A DNA stretch of 64,000 nucleotides from Octopus bimaculoides (lineage: Eukaryota): positions 62,452,686 through 62,516,685 of the forward strand of contig NC_068993.1 of the NCBI RefSeq assembly GCF_001194135.2. The letters run 5' to 3'. The notes below the pieces were generated by a model. It did not search any database. It saw only the letters and a list, made by a program, of their open reading frames with translations, and was not told where the DNA came from. Shown here piece after piece: positions 1 to 12,002 of this stretch. The translations under genes were made by a program, and so were the position numbers. Position 1 is the first letter of the stretch; every line of letters begins with the position of its first letter.

Positions 1-1012
1 CTAAATGTCTTGTCTTACGGTATTAAATAATTTAGTTCCTTTCCATTTTGAACTAAATCTGTTATGTCTGGCTTAAATAATTAACTTGGAGAATCGGTGA
101 CGCGTATTCTAGATTATTGCAGCAACGTTTTCCAATCCAAAGCACTTGGTACATGCAACGAGATAGCCTCTATGCAGACACCTACTTAACTGGAAACAGC
201 AGCCGAATATCCTTTAAAGTGTATCCAGCTGTCTTCAAATAGGAAGGTCTTATTGCATGTGGTCCTGCATACACTATGTTCGAATAAATAAGGAATGGCC
301 TCAACGTGAAATCATTCGATTTTAGTTCTGTTCAATCATGCTTGATTTGTGGATAAACAGCCAAAACAATTAGTAACGACTTCTTAATTAGTTTACTCCG
401 TCTTAATTAGTCTGCTCGGTTTATTAGGTTGTTTAGGCTTAATTAGGTTGTATTAAGCTTAATTAGGAGGACGTCTCCCTAAACACAGCAATCAACACGC
501 GTTTGTCTACGAATCCATATAACAACATGGCATAATTCCCCGCAGCATTGTTGGAAACCGTGGTAGATAGGTAAATGACTTGTTGAATTTCAGTGGCTCA
601 TTCAGTTAGCCCCGAGATATAAATTTCACCTGAAATACGCAAGAGGCATGTCTTTGAGAAATAATAACCTTTTGATTTGGCAGATTTCTGCAATAGAAGG
701 TAGCCATCATATGATTGCTGAACCTGCCTGAAAAAGCAGCTGAAACCCCTCTTGAACCACAGCATAAGAAAGGAAGTTTATAGTCAATAAAATACTCTTA
801 TAAATAAATTATTCATGAAAATGAATGAGAGGGTCATGACTGTGAAATATTTACTCTCGATCTACGTTATCAAAACTGACCAAGAAATGTTTCATCGAAC
901 TGTTGAAAAGTCAGCAACGTTTGATTCTCTCGAAAACGGTCTTCGTTCTCCGCCACTGGTACCGTGATGAGTGCGACGCAGAGACAAATACTTCTTAATA
1001 GTTTAATTTTAC

Positions 1013-1317
1013 AAAATTACTATTTTTAAATCTCACAACGAGAGATACTTTGGAGTAAAGATTGTTTGCCAACATATCATGGCAGTCCTGGTTTGGGACG
1101 AATGTTGCTGTAATTTAGTCCCAGGAGACATCGTCTCCAGCTGGCTATATATACTACGACACGATCTGTGTCCTTATATTCCCTAGTTCGAAAATATAAG
1201 GACACAGCTCGTGTCGTATAACCAGCTGGAGACGATGTCTCCTGGGGCTAAATTACAGCAACATTCGTCCTAAACCAGGACTGCCATGATATGTTGGCAA
1301 ACAATCTTTACTACAAA
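1013..1317. mobile_element. Fold-back element: about 130-bp inverted arms around a 12-nt loop; deleted relative of the 34.2-kb element
   Basis: Left arm 1049-1180 (gtaaagattgtttgccaac...ccttatatt) is the near-perfect reverse complement of 1193-1317. The arm and about 35 bp upstream of it (aaaattac...tctcacaacg) recur at 34199-34390. Confidence 0.85.
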
Positions 1318-2910
1318 TTAATTTTACATTGGGACAGATCAACGAGCGTTTCTGTGAATTACGCTAATATCAAATCTTCCAGCAAAAAAAAAAAAAAAAA
1401 AAAAAAAATTTAAGATTTTGCTTATATCAAATAAATTAAAATGAAATATTAATCAGTAGGAATCAGCAATCTTCAAATAGTAAGTTTAGTTTAGGAATAC
1501 TGCGAGAATTTTGAATATTTTCAAACCTGAAAACTCCAAGTCACAAAATTGATAGTAATTTGAAAGAAATTTAAATTGTACTCAGATATACGTCGTCGAA
1601 TATTTGACTTCGATGAACAGTGGGAATCAATTCTCTAATTTATGCCGCTAATGCACTGGAAAATAGACAAAATGTTGATGCCTACTATTTTACTTCAGTT
1701 TAGAAAATAAGGAATATTTATGTTTTCTTCTGAGGCATACATTACATAATTCAAATGAAATATATAAAAGTATATATCGATAATGGGAGGTTAAATATCT
1801 ACGCGTCAGATGCTCACTGTGCAGAAGACAGGTGTATTACATGACCTGTTTCTTTACAGATTTATTATTCAGTGCAACAGAGGTGGAGCTGGGATAGGGA
1901 GTGTGGACACAACTACTTCGTCATATTTAATAACGGCCCTACTTCATCTGAGTTCAAATCTGTCAAAAGTTTATTTTGCTTTTCATCATTCCGAAATCAA
2001 TAGAATAATTACTGGTCATGAACCAATTCGATTTAATCTTCAACAGATCTCCTTCTCCAAATCTGTCGTCTTGTGCCGATGCTAAAAAGCATTATTTATT
2101 GTGAGCTCTGCTTATCCCTTTTATGTATTTATTAACGATCGATTATTTAATCAGAACTAATCGATAAATATAGATTTATTAATAAATAAAGTAAACGGCA
2201 ACGAGACTTCTGAGATTTCTAACCTCTCAACTTAGAGAATGCAGTAAATTAGAATCCAAAATTCTGTTATAGAGAGAAGCACACCTGTAGGCTTCGAACT
2301 TGTGTTATAGCTATATTCCTTTTAAATTCCCATACAATATCTTAGGAAACGCATGAAAGTCTCACTTTCTCATTTCCCATTCTTCTAAAGAGAATGGTGG
2401 CTAAAATTTTAAAATTCTGGATCTCTCTTATTTTGGAAGCGGTTGATGTATTACACTTGTGGCCGGGTGACTGCCCAAGTTGCCGGTATCTTGAGCCGGC
2501 CCTAATTACACCCCCACTCCGCGGATTAACACACCTCCGCACCCACTCGTTCCTTAGCGAAGTTTGCTTTGTTGCAGACACTCTAACTTCGAACAGCGCT
2601 TAGCTTAATCTCATACTTTCTTGAAAACCTCCAAATAATAACTAAAGCACATATTAACACATTTCATGGCTCCCTGAAAAGTTATCGGTCAAACTAAAGG
2701 GTTTGACCCGAGCAAAAACAACAAAAGAAATTGTGTAATAGGTGTAAAACAACATATAGTAAAAGAATATGAAAAAGAATGCGCTACGTACACTTTGAAA
2801 GCAAGCATAAACCCGCCTTCTTGAACAACATTAGCGCCAAAAGATGTCCTTTGGAATACACAATTGTACTTCCGGATGTTATTGAGGAAATGTTTCGACT
2901 CTGTAGTTGT

Positions 2911-2976
2911 GCGAATTTTCACCTATCGATGGGCGTTTTGGAACGTAACACCTGCGATAGTCGAGGGATAACTGTA
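2911..2976. mobile_element. Solo terminus of a Tigger/pogo-like (Tc1-mariner superfamily) DNA transposon
   Basis: gcgaattttcacctatcg...ggaacgtaacacctgcgatagtcgagggataactg followed by TA; the reverse complement starts CAGTTATCCCTCG, the typical Tigger/pogo TIR start. No partner end seen. Confidence 0.55.
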
Positions 2977-3561
2977 TTATAGTTGATTAAAAATTCTTTT
3001 TGTCCCATTACATTGTTTCAAACTGCAATTAAATGTACGTTAGCTGTTAGACTGAATAGTTTATACATACACTGAGCTTCGTTTTTATGAAGAAAACGCG
3101 GTAGCTGTGTTTTGATTGCCATTGAACGTAGCTCTGTCCTCACATGGATAATGTGAAGCAAAACATCAACAACAAAATAACACAACAATCAAAGAGATTT
3201 CTTGGTAGATATATTAAAAAGAAAATGTTTTGTATATTTTATAGAAAATGGAGAGTTTTGAAAATGACAGTAACGAAGAAAATATCAAAAATACTAAGAA
3301 TTGAAGTCACGTCACAGATATGGCTTTGCAATCATAGACTAGTCTATCTCCTATTATCTAACAGATTCCAAGAAATCTTGCATGGTTGAAATAACTAAGA
3401 AATGCAACTCCTCTTTCAATACAGTCGTTAGTTCCATTTCAACTGCTTAGCAACACAAGATTAAAAGACCACCTCTCTTTCTCTTCTTCTTCACATACAG
3501 CATAGCATTCTCTTACGCTTTCTTTTCTATTTCCCCATCTCTGACTCTCATTCATTTTCTC

Positions 3562-3562
<1 letters not shown>

Positions 3563-3601
<39 letters not shown>

Positions 3602-3602
3602 T
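3563..3602. repeat. (TTTC)n microsatellite
   Basis: Direct reading. Confidence 0.95.
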
Positions 3603-4052
3603 CAACTACTTACTTGGGATTGCTTTTATTGCCTAATTAGCCTTGATATCCTCATTAACATCGACAGTGTTAATGAGAGACAAGTGATTAGGATCTAATT
3701 GACATCTTAACATTTCGACGATCTGGCGAATAGCACTGGAAACTCTTCCTAATTTAATCTATTTTATTTATTATATAATATCACTTTTATACTGTATTGA
3801 TTAGCTTTCTATATTTTGATTTTTCAAAAATTTTAATTATTTTTAATGATTCAATTATTTTTCAAAACTACCACAGGCGTATCTTAATTCTTTCTAGGAA
3901 AGGACTTTGACTGCGAGGTTTCGCTTTGCTCGCCGTCATCACACTGTCTGATGACGGCGACTGAGCAGAAACATCGATTTTCACTGTCAGACTTTTTGTT
4001 GAAAACTTTAATGTTTTCTACTAAAAAGTATTGGGAAAACATTCAATTTAAT

Positions 4053-4126
4053 TATTTACATTATTTACATTTAGCGGATATTTGTCCTCATCTTGTTTGT
4101 TGTTAACACAACGTTTCCGCTGATAT
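4053..4126 (-). mobile_element. Truncated fragment of the HHR-bearing element family also seen at 51.9 kb
   Basis: tatttacattatttacattt..cggatatttgtcctcatcttgtttgttgttaacacaacgtttc.gctgatat aligns with 51871-51945. Confidence 0.8.
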
Positions 4127-4208
4127 GGCGTAGTGGTTAAGAGCGCGGGCTACTAACGCCTAGATTCCGAGTTCGATTCCAGGCCGTGACTTTAATAATA
4201 ATAATAAT
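4126..4208 (+). mobile_element. Short tRNA-derived SINE (A box and B box) with (AAT)n tail
   Basis: A box TGGCGTAGTGG 4126-4136, B box GAGTTCGATTCC 4169-4180, then (aat)n; no complete cloverleaf or acceptor stem. Confidence 0.75.
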
Positions 4209-4214
4209 TGATAG

Positions 4215-4440
4215 GTTCGTTCAATTCCCGACGAGTTGTGTCCTTGAGCAAGTCACTTTTATTTCACGTTGCTTCAAAAGATCAGCCTTGTCATGTTCTG
4301 TGTTAGGCTGAATCTCCTCGAGGACTACGTTAAGTGTACGCGTGTCTGTGGAGCTCTCAGCCACTTGTACGTTAATTTCACAGGCAGGCTGTTCCGTTAA
4401 TCGGATCAACTGGAACCCACGTCATTGTAAACAACGGAGT
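4215..4440 (+). mobile_element. 5'-truncated CORE-type SINE (family C)
   Basis: CORE-like gtgtccttgagcaagtcactt at about 4239; tail ggactacgttaag.gtacgcgtgtctgtggag...ggatcaactggaacc shared with 29518-29645 and 46728-47025. Confidence 0.8.
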
Positions 4441-4646
4441 GTCAGTTATCTCGATACGCCACTGCCTAATACGGCAAAGCTTGTCTGTTAAGGAAAGACT
4501 CGGTGTTTGATCTTCACTAATTTCATGAAAGCAAAATATATTTTCTATTATACCATCTACCAAGTGTCTCTGGGTTTGTCCTCTACTACAACTTGCCAAC
4601 CGGTGTTAATGAAGCCCGTCGTATATATATATATATATATATATAT

Positions 4647-5559
4647 NNNNNNNNNNNNNNNNNNNNNNNNNNNNNNNNNNNNNNNNNNNNNNNNNNNNNN
4701 NNNNNNNNNNNNNNNNNNNNNNNNNNNNNNNNNNNNNNNNNNNNNNNNNNNNNNNNNNNNNNNNNNNNNNNNNNNNNNNNNNNNNNNNNNNNNNNNNNNN
4801 NNNNNNNNNNNNNNNNNNNNNNNNNNNNNNNNNNNNNNNNNNNNNNNNNNNNNNNNNNNNNNNNNNNNNNNNNNNNNNNNNNNNNNNNNNNNNNNNNNNN
4901 NNNNNNNNNNNNNNNNNNNNNNNNNNNNNNNNNNNNNNNNNNNNNNNNNNNNNNNNNNNNNNNNNNNNNNNNNNNNNNNNNNNNNNNNNNNNNNNNNNNN
5001 NNNNNNNNNNNNNNNNNNNNNNNNNNNNNNNNNNNNNNNNNNNNNNNNNNNNNNNNNNNNNNNNNNNNNNNNNNNNNNNNNNNNNNNNNNNNNNNNNNNN
5101 NNNNNNNNNNNNNNNNNNNNNNNNNNNNNNNNNNNNNNNNNNNNNNNNNNNNNNNNNNNNNNNNNNNNNNNNNNNNNNNNNNNNNNNNNNNNNNNNNNNN
5201 NNNNNNNNNNNNNNNNNNNNNNNNNNNNNNNNNNNNNNNNNNNNNNNNNNNNNNNNNNNNNNNNNNNNNNNNNNNNNNNNNNNNNNNNNNNNNNNNNNNN
5301 NNNNNNNNNNNNNNNNNNNNNNNNNNNNNNNNNNNNNNNNNNNNNNNNNNNNNNNNNNNNNNNNNNNNNNNNNNNNNNNNNNNNNNNNNNNNNNNNNNNN
5401 NNNNNNNNNNNNNNNNNNNNNNNNNNNNNNNNNNNNNNNNNNNNNNNNNNNNNNNNNNNNNNNNNNNNNNNNNNNNNNNNNNNNNNNNNNNNNNNNNNNN
5501 NNNNNNNNNNNNNNNNNNNNNNNNNNNNNNNNNNNNNNNNNNNNNNNNNNNNNNNNNNN
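4647..5559. other. Assembly gap flanked by (TA)n (largest; others at 18831-18893, 26326-26475, 29791-30251, 35429-35722, 49626-50076, 54267-54510, 57063-57115, 59492-60011, 61975-62125)
   Basis: N runs, most bordered by dinucleotide repeats. Confidence 0.99.
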
Positions 5560-5595
<36 letters not shown>

Positions 5596-6004
5596 TGAGA
5601 TTTACTTCCATAGCAAGTGTTTTGATCTGAGAGCGTATGCCGACAATGAAGCAGTTGCTGCGTGCGTGGTAAACTGAGGTTAGCCATTCGAAAACACACA
5701 TTACACCTCTAACTTTACTTTGACATTTATCTGTATATTATTTGGAGTCCGAATATTCGGTGCCTGATAAAAATCGCAGTTTCAGGGGACGAAAATTTTA
5801 ACACCAAAATACAAGTCTATGCTTGAGTGGAGTTAAAGGTTTTGTTTTTTGTTTGTGAGTGTAAGAGATAGAAGGAAGGAAGAACGATATGAGGAGAAAA
5901 AATGGTTGAAGGAGTGAATGAGGCAAATAGGAAAATTGAGAAGAGGAGGGAGTTGAGGGATAAGAAATGAACAACTGCCTCAAGAAGACGTGCAAGAGTA
6001 GAAG

Positions 6005-6400
6005 GAAAAACTTAAGTTAAACCCGTTGGTGACATGATGTCAAGTTCAAATACAGTTCACATGTGGAACCATGGTGTGCGGAGACGTCGAACACTAATAA
6101 GTGAATAATGGATTCGTTTTCTACCTGGAAATTGTAGAAACAGTTTGGCCAGAAATACTTAGCAGAATGCTTCGAAAGTGCTCATGAAAGTGATCGAATG
6201 GCGTCGGCAAATTTTGCAGATGGTGTAATATATAAGGTTGAGAAATGTGAAACAGACGTTCTGGTTAATGTAATAGAGCCGGTGATGTTTGTAGTATTGT
6301 TAATGTAGGAGCAAGCATTGATCGTCGGCGAGTGTACTTGAAAGTGTCTGGTTGGGTGGGGTTTGGGTGCTATAGAGCTTCTTATTAAGAGGTTGCCAAG
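6005..6400 (-). pseudogene. Decayed Penelope-like element GIY-YIG endonuclease C-terminus (frameshifted)
   Basis: Manual minus-strand translation across frames: QPDTFKYTRRR / INACSYINNTTNITG / NLIYYTICKIC / FHEHFRSI..SGQTVST / FELDIMSP, resembling the PLE pattern PGTFxC..C..C / NLIYCITC..C / REHLRxI / IFxLGTLxPxGLN. Confidence 0.7.
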
Positions 6401-8509
6401 GTTCCTATCTTTACGAATTCAAAATGGAAATTTTTCCATCCAGATTTATTGAATTCAAATCCCACTCAAGGCAGCTTTGACTTTCATCGCCCTAATGCGG
6501 CATTGTGTCCGTCTCTTTAAGTTTTGAGTTTGAATTCCGCCGAGGTCGATTTTACATTTCAGCTTTTAGGATAGATAAAATAAGCACTAGTTGAGCACTG
6601 GGGTAGATATAATGGACTCACCCACTCCCTCGAAATTACTGGCTTTGTGCCAAATTGTAAATTATTATTATTGTTGTTGTTGTTGTTAGTGATAAATGAG
6701 ACACAGAGAAGAAAGAACAAATGGCAACGGTTGAAATACATTGTTGAATGAGTTTGGGAGAAACGGCGATTGCAAAATTCGTTTCTTTGTCAGTTATTTT
6801 CCTTGGAATTATGATTGTAACATCCCAGCTAAACATTCATGAAAATGAAGACCTAAAACAAAGACTTTCTCCACAGAAGAAATTTCCTTAACCTATGCTA
6901 ATTGGTTGCTTTGAAGAATTCGTTCTCAGGAAATTGAAACAACTGCAGTGTGACAATGTCTAATTAAATACTTTGCTTTCGGCTTAACCACAGCAGCATT
7001 AATTATTTACTTTCCTGGTGTTGCTCTGATTAAAATATGGCATATTTAATTGAACAAACCAAAAATAATGATGTTGCTAGTGAAAAGAAGGATGAAAGGC
7101 CACAGTTGGAGTCAGAATCGAAGATGTCGGAGTTGAATAATGCAAATCCCTGATTCTGCTCAGTTCTCTTATAGCGATCATATTGATTGCTATCCTAATC
7201 CTAAGATCAAAAGAGGAGGAGCTGCACAAGTCGATTATATCCATCTTATTAGTACATCCTCGATACTTATGTTAAACAATTCCGCAAGGAGAAAGGCAAA
7301 GTTAACCACGGAAGGATTTGATACAGGAAAGGAATGTAGCTAAATATCGTAAATTAATCTAAGCTATCTTTCTAACATTCGGACCAATCACAGCTCTTAT
7401 GTCATTTCTACGAATCTAAAATGTTACACTTTAAGAGGTGAAAGTATCGACCATTCCATTGCTGCTACATTTGCGTTACTAGTGGTTTACTATAGCTTCC
7501 AGCAGAAAAATGGATGACGCACTTAATGATGTTGTATTGGCTCGCAAAAAAGACGTAAAGAGCCGTAAAAAATATCGTGTAGCGTTTTCCTGGCGTTGTA
7601 AAAATGCTGCCATTTCGCCTTATCTTATATCAAATCCTATAACTGTTTTCAATGGCCCTCCGGCGATGTAAAACCAGAAGGAAGGAAGAAAGGAAATACT
7701 TGTTGGTTTGTTAGCCATAGTTTATTACTACTGATAGGTAACTATTTTCTCTTCTACATCGTTAAGACGTGAAAGAATAAGCCAAAGCGATTCCTATTGC
7801 GGAAATACAATTTGAACTCTGAATACTTATGGACAGATCTTTAAGTATTGTAAAGCAAATAAATTCGACTCAATACTGTCTACGTTTAATAACTCGTTTG
7901 AGGACCTTGTTGACAACAAAAGTACAGCTGAACTCAAATAGATCTGCACCAATCCCGTAATATTCCATTAAACTAGAAAAAAAAAAGAAAAGAAAAGAAA
8001 TCGCACAAAGGAGAAAAACAACAGCATTAGACATATAAAAGATGTTAGAAAGAGCAACGTGAAAAAAATAAATAAGTAAAAATAAAGTAATTAAAAAATC
8101 GATTTTGTATCTTCCTATTTTCACATCCGATAAAAAGCTACATTTAACTATAATACGTTTATTGATTAGAACATTTCAGCTCATCTCCTATTTAATTAGC
8201 AAAATATCACCACAATCACTAATACTTACGTTAATAATAATGAAATACTACTTAATGAAGTTAGGAAATAAATCAAGTTAATTAAGTATAATTTTGCGAT
8301 GAGGCGACGACACCAACACGACACGTAATATTAATCTTATCTGAATTTGTTAAGTAAGGGGAACAATGATGATCATGTTTCGCTCTTATTAGCCCTCCTC
8401 CGAGAAGTGTATGCTTTTGCGCAACTTACTAGATTATTCTACGAGAATCACTACAACAATGTGCCGTAATATAAGCGCCGACAGTTACCATAAAAATAAT
8501 AAATAAATT

Positions 8510-8695
8510 GGCCCTTTTAAATCCTAGCGCCAGTCCATGGCAGCGTGACTCTTTTTTTCCAGCTGAGTGGAATGGAGCAACGTGAAGTGAAGGGTTTTGC
8601 TCAAGAACACAACGCGTCGCCCCGGTCCAGGGATCGAAACCACAATCTTACGATCATAGTACTGACACCCTAACCACTAGGCCACGCGCCTCCAC
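8510..8695 (-). mobile_element. tRNA-headed CORE-type SINE (family C head)
   Basis: Minus strand gtggaggcgcgTGGCCTAGTGGttaggg...GGTTTCGATCCC...gtgttcttgagcaaaac; related copies at 27298-27400, 61812-61936 and 12750-13000. Confidence 0.85.
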
Positions 8696-9167
8696 AACAG
8701 TCACCATGTCTTAGAGAAATTTACTACACGCATAATCGACACAAAAATAACAATCAAGTTTATCACGACACACGTATACATGTATATACACGGAAACACA
8801 TACTTATACACACATATTTGCATGGTAAAAGAAGTACCATAAACTACGCAATAATTAAAACTAAGTTGAGTGAGGGCGCTCTACGACTTTATTTACTTAA
8901 TGTCCTTTTGAGTGCTATCGAGTGCACTACAAAACCTGTTTGGATCTTTAGTGCGGAAAATACCGATGCCTATAAGTTATTCATTTTAAAATTCAGTATA
9001 ATGTTTTAGTATTAACTTTAATAGTAATCTATTTTTTATGTTCTTTATACACTAAACCTAGTTTTGTTTTTGTACGTCAATATAATATCTTGGAAATTCC
9101 GTGGCACCAAAAGTGCGTAATTTTATCTATTAACTCTTTGATTTTCGAAGAAGGGTTAACATTATTT

Positions 9168-9370
9168 TTTGTCTGTGCTTGGTCAGCTCCTCTGTGATTT
9201 TTATAGTGGCCTTTCTTCCGAGAGGTATTACAACGTCAATGAATATACAGCTCCTGTCTCTTTGTCATTGTTTCTCTGACAGTATGGATAGGCTTATCTC
9301 AGAGGATGACGATAACATAATTGCCAGTGGCCATGTTTGCTTGATGCCCATACCACTTCACAATTGTCCA
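9168..9370 (-). pseudogene. Decayed R4/Dong-type non-LTR retrotransposon C-terminal (restriction-like endonuclease) fragment
   Basis: Minus strand: KWYGHQ..GNYVIVIL*DKPIHT, then after a frameshift RSCIFIDVVIPLGRKATIKITEELTKHRQ, matching KWYEHxP..ILWD..IHTDR..C.LIDVxIP..EKLxKY. Confidence 0.75.
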
Positions 9371-9495
9371 GATTTTATAACTCCTACACAACTCCCAGTA
9401 GAGAGAGAAAGAGAGGCAGAGAGCAAGAAACATTAAGATAATGGCAGAGACAGTGATATAGAAAATAAAAGAGATAGATTTAACATTTCAAAATA

Positions 9496-9556
<61 letters not shown>

Positions 9557-9867
9557 TCTCTCTGTATATAAGTGCCTACACATCTTATTTAAAACAGATC
9601 TGTAATATATATTTTAGATACAACTCAATAGTGAATATACATACATCATATATATATATATATATGTATTTACCAAATACCATAAGCATATGTGATGTAG
9701 ACAAATATAATTTGATTGTAACCACGAATGATATATATGCTTGCGATGTTTCAGTTAACTAGTGCTTGATAAAATAACCTGACAGCTATTCAATGTGTTG
9801 TTATTGATTGACACACTATAAATATGGCTACCATAGATTAGCAAATAATAATAAATAAAAAGTAAGG

Positions 9868-10235
<368 letters not shown>

Positions 10236-11963
10236 TGCTTGCCAATATTGTCAAATCTGTCTGGAGTAAACATAAAATTCGAATTCCCAATTCTCAAACT
10301 GCGTTTGAAAATTTGTTTCCAAACGCTGCTATTACTAATAACTTTCTGAAAAAAAACTATGAGTTTCTGTTTAATATGCACGTCAGAGAATAGGTGTAAA
10401 TGTGTGTATTTACCTGCAGGCGTGAGTGTGTTGGTGCATGTCCCCAGTGTGCTGCGAACACGTTTTCTAAATGTTATTACATAATGTAAAACAGTCTTAC
10501 CGTTTTAATATATGCATCTATCTATCTATCTGTCTATCTGTCTGTCTGTCTGTCTGTCTGTTAAATTTTCTGTTAAATTATGGCGTATCAAACAAAATGA
10601 TTACCTTTTCCCAATTGCTTTTAAGTGCCTTATAATGCTCATATGAGATATGTGGAATTGTCTCTGCTATATCTCATGTCATATGACCGGGATTGGTTTT
10701 GATTAACATTTTGATTTCATCATCAAAGCCTAAAGGTTAACCAGAAAGGTCACGGACACTTAGACCAAATTTTTCACACCTAAACCTAGTGAACCTCTTA
10801 GGAACACCACCATTTGAAACACAGTACGAACGGTTCTTCTAACGTCTTGTATCAGATAAAACAGGATCCAAGAAACTTGATGAGGGTCTGCAGCAGCATG
10901 ACTTGTACCTTTTGGTAAAGGCAGCAGAAAGAGTACAGTGAGAGGGTACTGTGGGAATGGAGTATCCAACATTTCCGACCCACGCTTTCTTGAGGTTATG
11001 TTGACAGCAGGAAAAGCAGAGTTTTACGTCCTCGTTGTTTGAGCAACTGGCTGCAACTGATGGGGAACGCAAGACAGCGTGAAATTACATGCACAAACAG
11101 GAAGTAGTAGGAAAGAGTAACTCGGTAGGGTAGGGAGAAGAAAACAAAACTGAATAGAAGAATAGAATTGGGTGTGTCACGGAGGAAAAAATGAAGGACC
11201 AAAAACAGGTTTACAGCACTAAGAAGATGTTAAGAAACAGGTCAAAAACGGCCTTTGTATGTGCAACATTGCTTCTTGGTTTGGGCTTGCTTATTGTAAA
11301 TCTATGAATGCTGCTGCACTGCACAGTAAGCAATAAACGTAGTATACTATTTAAAACGTAGTTGCGTTAGTCACCTTTAGACCATTTTTGGCACGATCTG
11401 ATTCTCCCTGTCTTTGTAGGACAAAATCTTCAAAAAGTAGAATAGGTTCTGCAAGCTTCTAAACTACTTTCAGATTTTGAGAAAGTCATAATTAATAGAA
11501 TTCTGAATGATACCACTTCATATCGACATAAGGGCTTGATAAATGGGCGGCGGTATATAGCGCTTTCTTCATTACACACTCAAACAAACACATATGTACA
11601 CACATACAAGCACGAAATCACACACGTACAAAAAGACACTACAAAGAGTGACTGAAATAAGAGAAGAAACACCCCAATAGGATTGTAACACTAACTCATT
11701 GATTGCACTTCATGGTCCCTGTCGGCGCGCTATCCCGCCAGTTTTCTCGCTTTCTCTACCTCCCCTTACTTACTTTCACCCCCTCCTCCTCACTCACTTT
11801 ATCACTCTGTCTCACCCCTCTCTCCCTCTCGCTCTCAAATGTTCTTCAGATATGAAGTCTTATTGTCCAAGACACTATTGACACTGTCGTCTGAGTTGTT
11901 TTTTTTTCCCTTGTCTCACAGACTTTAAATGAATTTGTACAGGAAAAGTAATTGATGATGTAA

Positions 11964-12002
<39 letters not shown>

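Noticed and set aside
963-995. GTGATGAGTGCGACGCAGAGAC, hammerhead-like
   Set aside because: Needs several changes; no stem I or stem III.
4126-4190. Possible tRNA gene
   Set aside because: A and B boxes present but no acceptor stem or cloverleaf; followed by (AAT)n, so a SINE head.
4507-5701. Long ORFs (329-380 aa) and similar ones at 26, 29.6, 35, 49.6, 54 and 59.4 kb
   Set aside because: They run through N gaps and (TA)n repeats; artefacts.
6900-6950. TTGAAGA...GAAACAACTG hammerhead-like
   Set aside because: Position 3-8 mismatch, no UH in register, irregular stem II.
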